NCBI GenBank assembly: GCA_036012755.1
Contig: DASCPX010000002.1
Location: forward strand, 1 to 54,617
Source of the DNA: Myxococcota bacterium
GTDB taxonomy: Bacteria; Myxococcota_A; UBA796; CAJQPC01
DNA length: 54,617 nt
Reading direction: 5' to 3'
The first letter of the stretch is position 1. Each line of letters begins with the position of its first letter. The notes below the pieces were generated by a model, which did not search any database, was not told the DNA's origin, and was given only the letters and a program-made list of their open reading frames with translations. The position numbers and the translations under genes were made by a program. Positions 54,015 to 54,617 of the stretch are shown piece after piece.

Positions 54015-54442
54015 TGGGTCCCCCTGTTGTTTGTGCAAGGTCCTATAACCGCACGACTTTTGGCCTTCGCAGGGCGCCGCTGAGGCCCCGATCTCGACAC
54101 CGGACGACCTCGCTCGACGAAAGGCGCGATCGCGGCTGACCAGAGGCGTCTGAGGGCCGTAGAGACCCCTCCTGGCGCCGGTTTGGGATGGGGGCACTTC
54201 GAAACCGTCAAACCGATGGACACCGTCTTGACATGGCCTTGACATCCCTCGCCCACGTGGGCCGGCGCTCCTTCGCGACCCCCGACGCCGACGGTGACGA
54301 CGGGGTCGAGTCCTGCGTGGACCACGGTTCACGCGGCGGCCACCTCTCCCACACAGTTCTTGCCCGTCACTGGATGGATGGAAGCCGGCGACATCGAGAA
54401 CGTGCGCCAGGCCTGAGTCTGCTCTTCGGCGACGCGGACTGA

Positions 54443-54457
54443 CGGGGCGGTGCCCCG
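54443..54457. terminator. Short GC hairpin just after the lexA stop
   Basis: CGGGGC-ggt-GCCCCG, with no U-tract. Confidence 0.3.
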
Positions 54458-54459
54458 GA

Positions 54460-54617
54460 CTAGAAGATGTTCGTGCGGATCAGCGAGACCACCTTGCCGA
54501 GCACCTCGACGTCCATCGTGCCGTCGACGTAGATCGGCTCCATCGAGGAGTTGGCGGGCTGGAGCCTGATGCGGTCGCCTTCGCGGTAGAAGCGCTTCAC
54601 CGTGGCTTCGTCGAAGA
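54460..54617 (-). CDS. lexA: LexA repressor, C-terminal part (runs off the window)
   Basis: My translation: [51 protein letters not shown], an S24 peptidase domain with EATVKR. Confidence 0.88.
   Translation of the reverse strand, partial: FDEATVKRFYREGDRIRLQPANSSMEPIYVDGTMDVEVLGKVVSLIRTNIF

Noticed and set aside
54020..54220. Riboswitch or ncRNA upstream of the esterase
   Set aside because: Some stems are possible (CGGTTTG...CAAACCG), but I see no match to a known aptamer consensus. An Rfam/Infernal scan would settle it.

Overview
High-GC, very gene-dense chromosomal window from a diderm bacterium, most likely Myxococcota or a related deltaproteobacterial lineage (MYXO-CTERM protein, AgmX/PglI-type TonB-C lipoprotein, DxDGDG...DCDD metal-binding repeats, MIDAS lipoprotein). 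Housekeeping blocks: galE; ftsK-lolA-rimO; murI-ftsE-ftsX-envC-ctpA-yibQ-GT2; nadD-HAD; pgeF; pccB; rpsP-khpA-rimM-trmD-rplS-yraN-rsmI; an NtrC-type sigma54 activator; an ArsA/Get3-like ATPase pair; fmdB-folD-gcvTHP; a sigma70-family factor; exbBD; ftsB; and the 3' end of lexA. Many envelope or secreted proteins lie between these blocks. No rRNA, tRNA, CRISPR array, transposase or integrase was seen. Main observations: (1) about 13 exported proteins have very short (7-14 aa) signal peptides with no Lys/Arg, suggesting a non-standard, lineage-wide export convention; (2) a TlpA / DUF6029-like beta-barrel / double-discoidin / VWA-lipoprotein operon; (3) a consensus sigma54 promoter directly in front of a sigma70-family gene; (4) an amidase / TonB-C / lipase / FadL run that looks like a prey-envelope digestion and lipid uptake module; (5) an 87-bp tandem array with a dispersed solitary copy; (6) a probable CTG start for yraN. 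All family assignments come from motif recognition by eye, not database searches.
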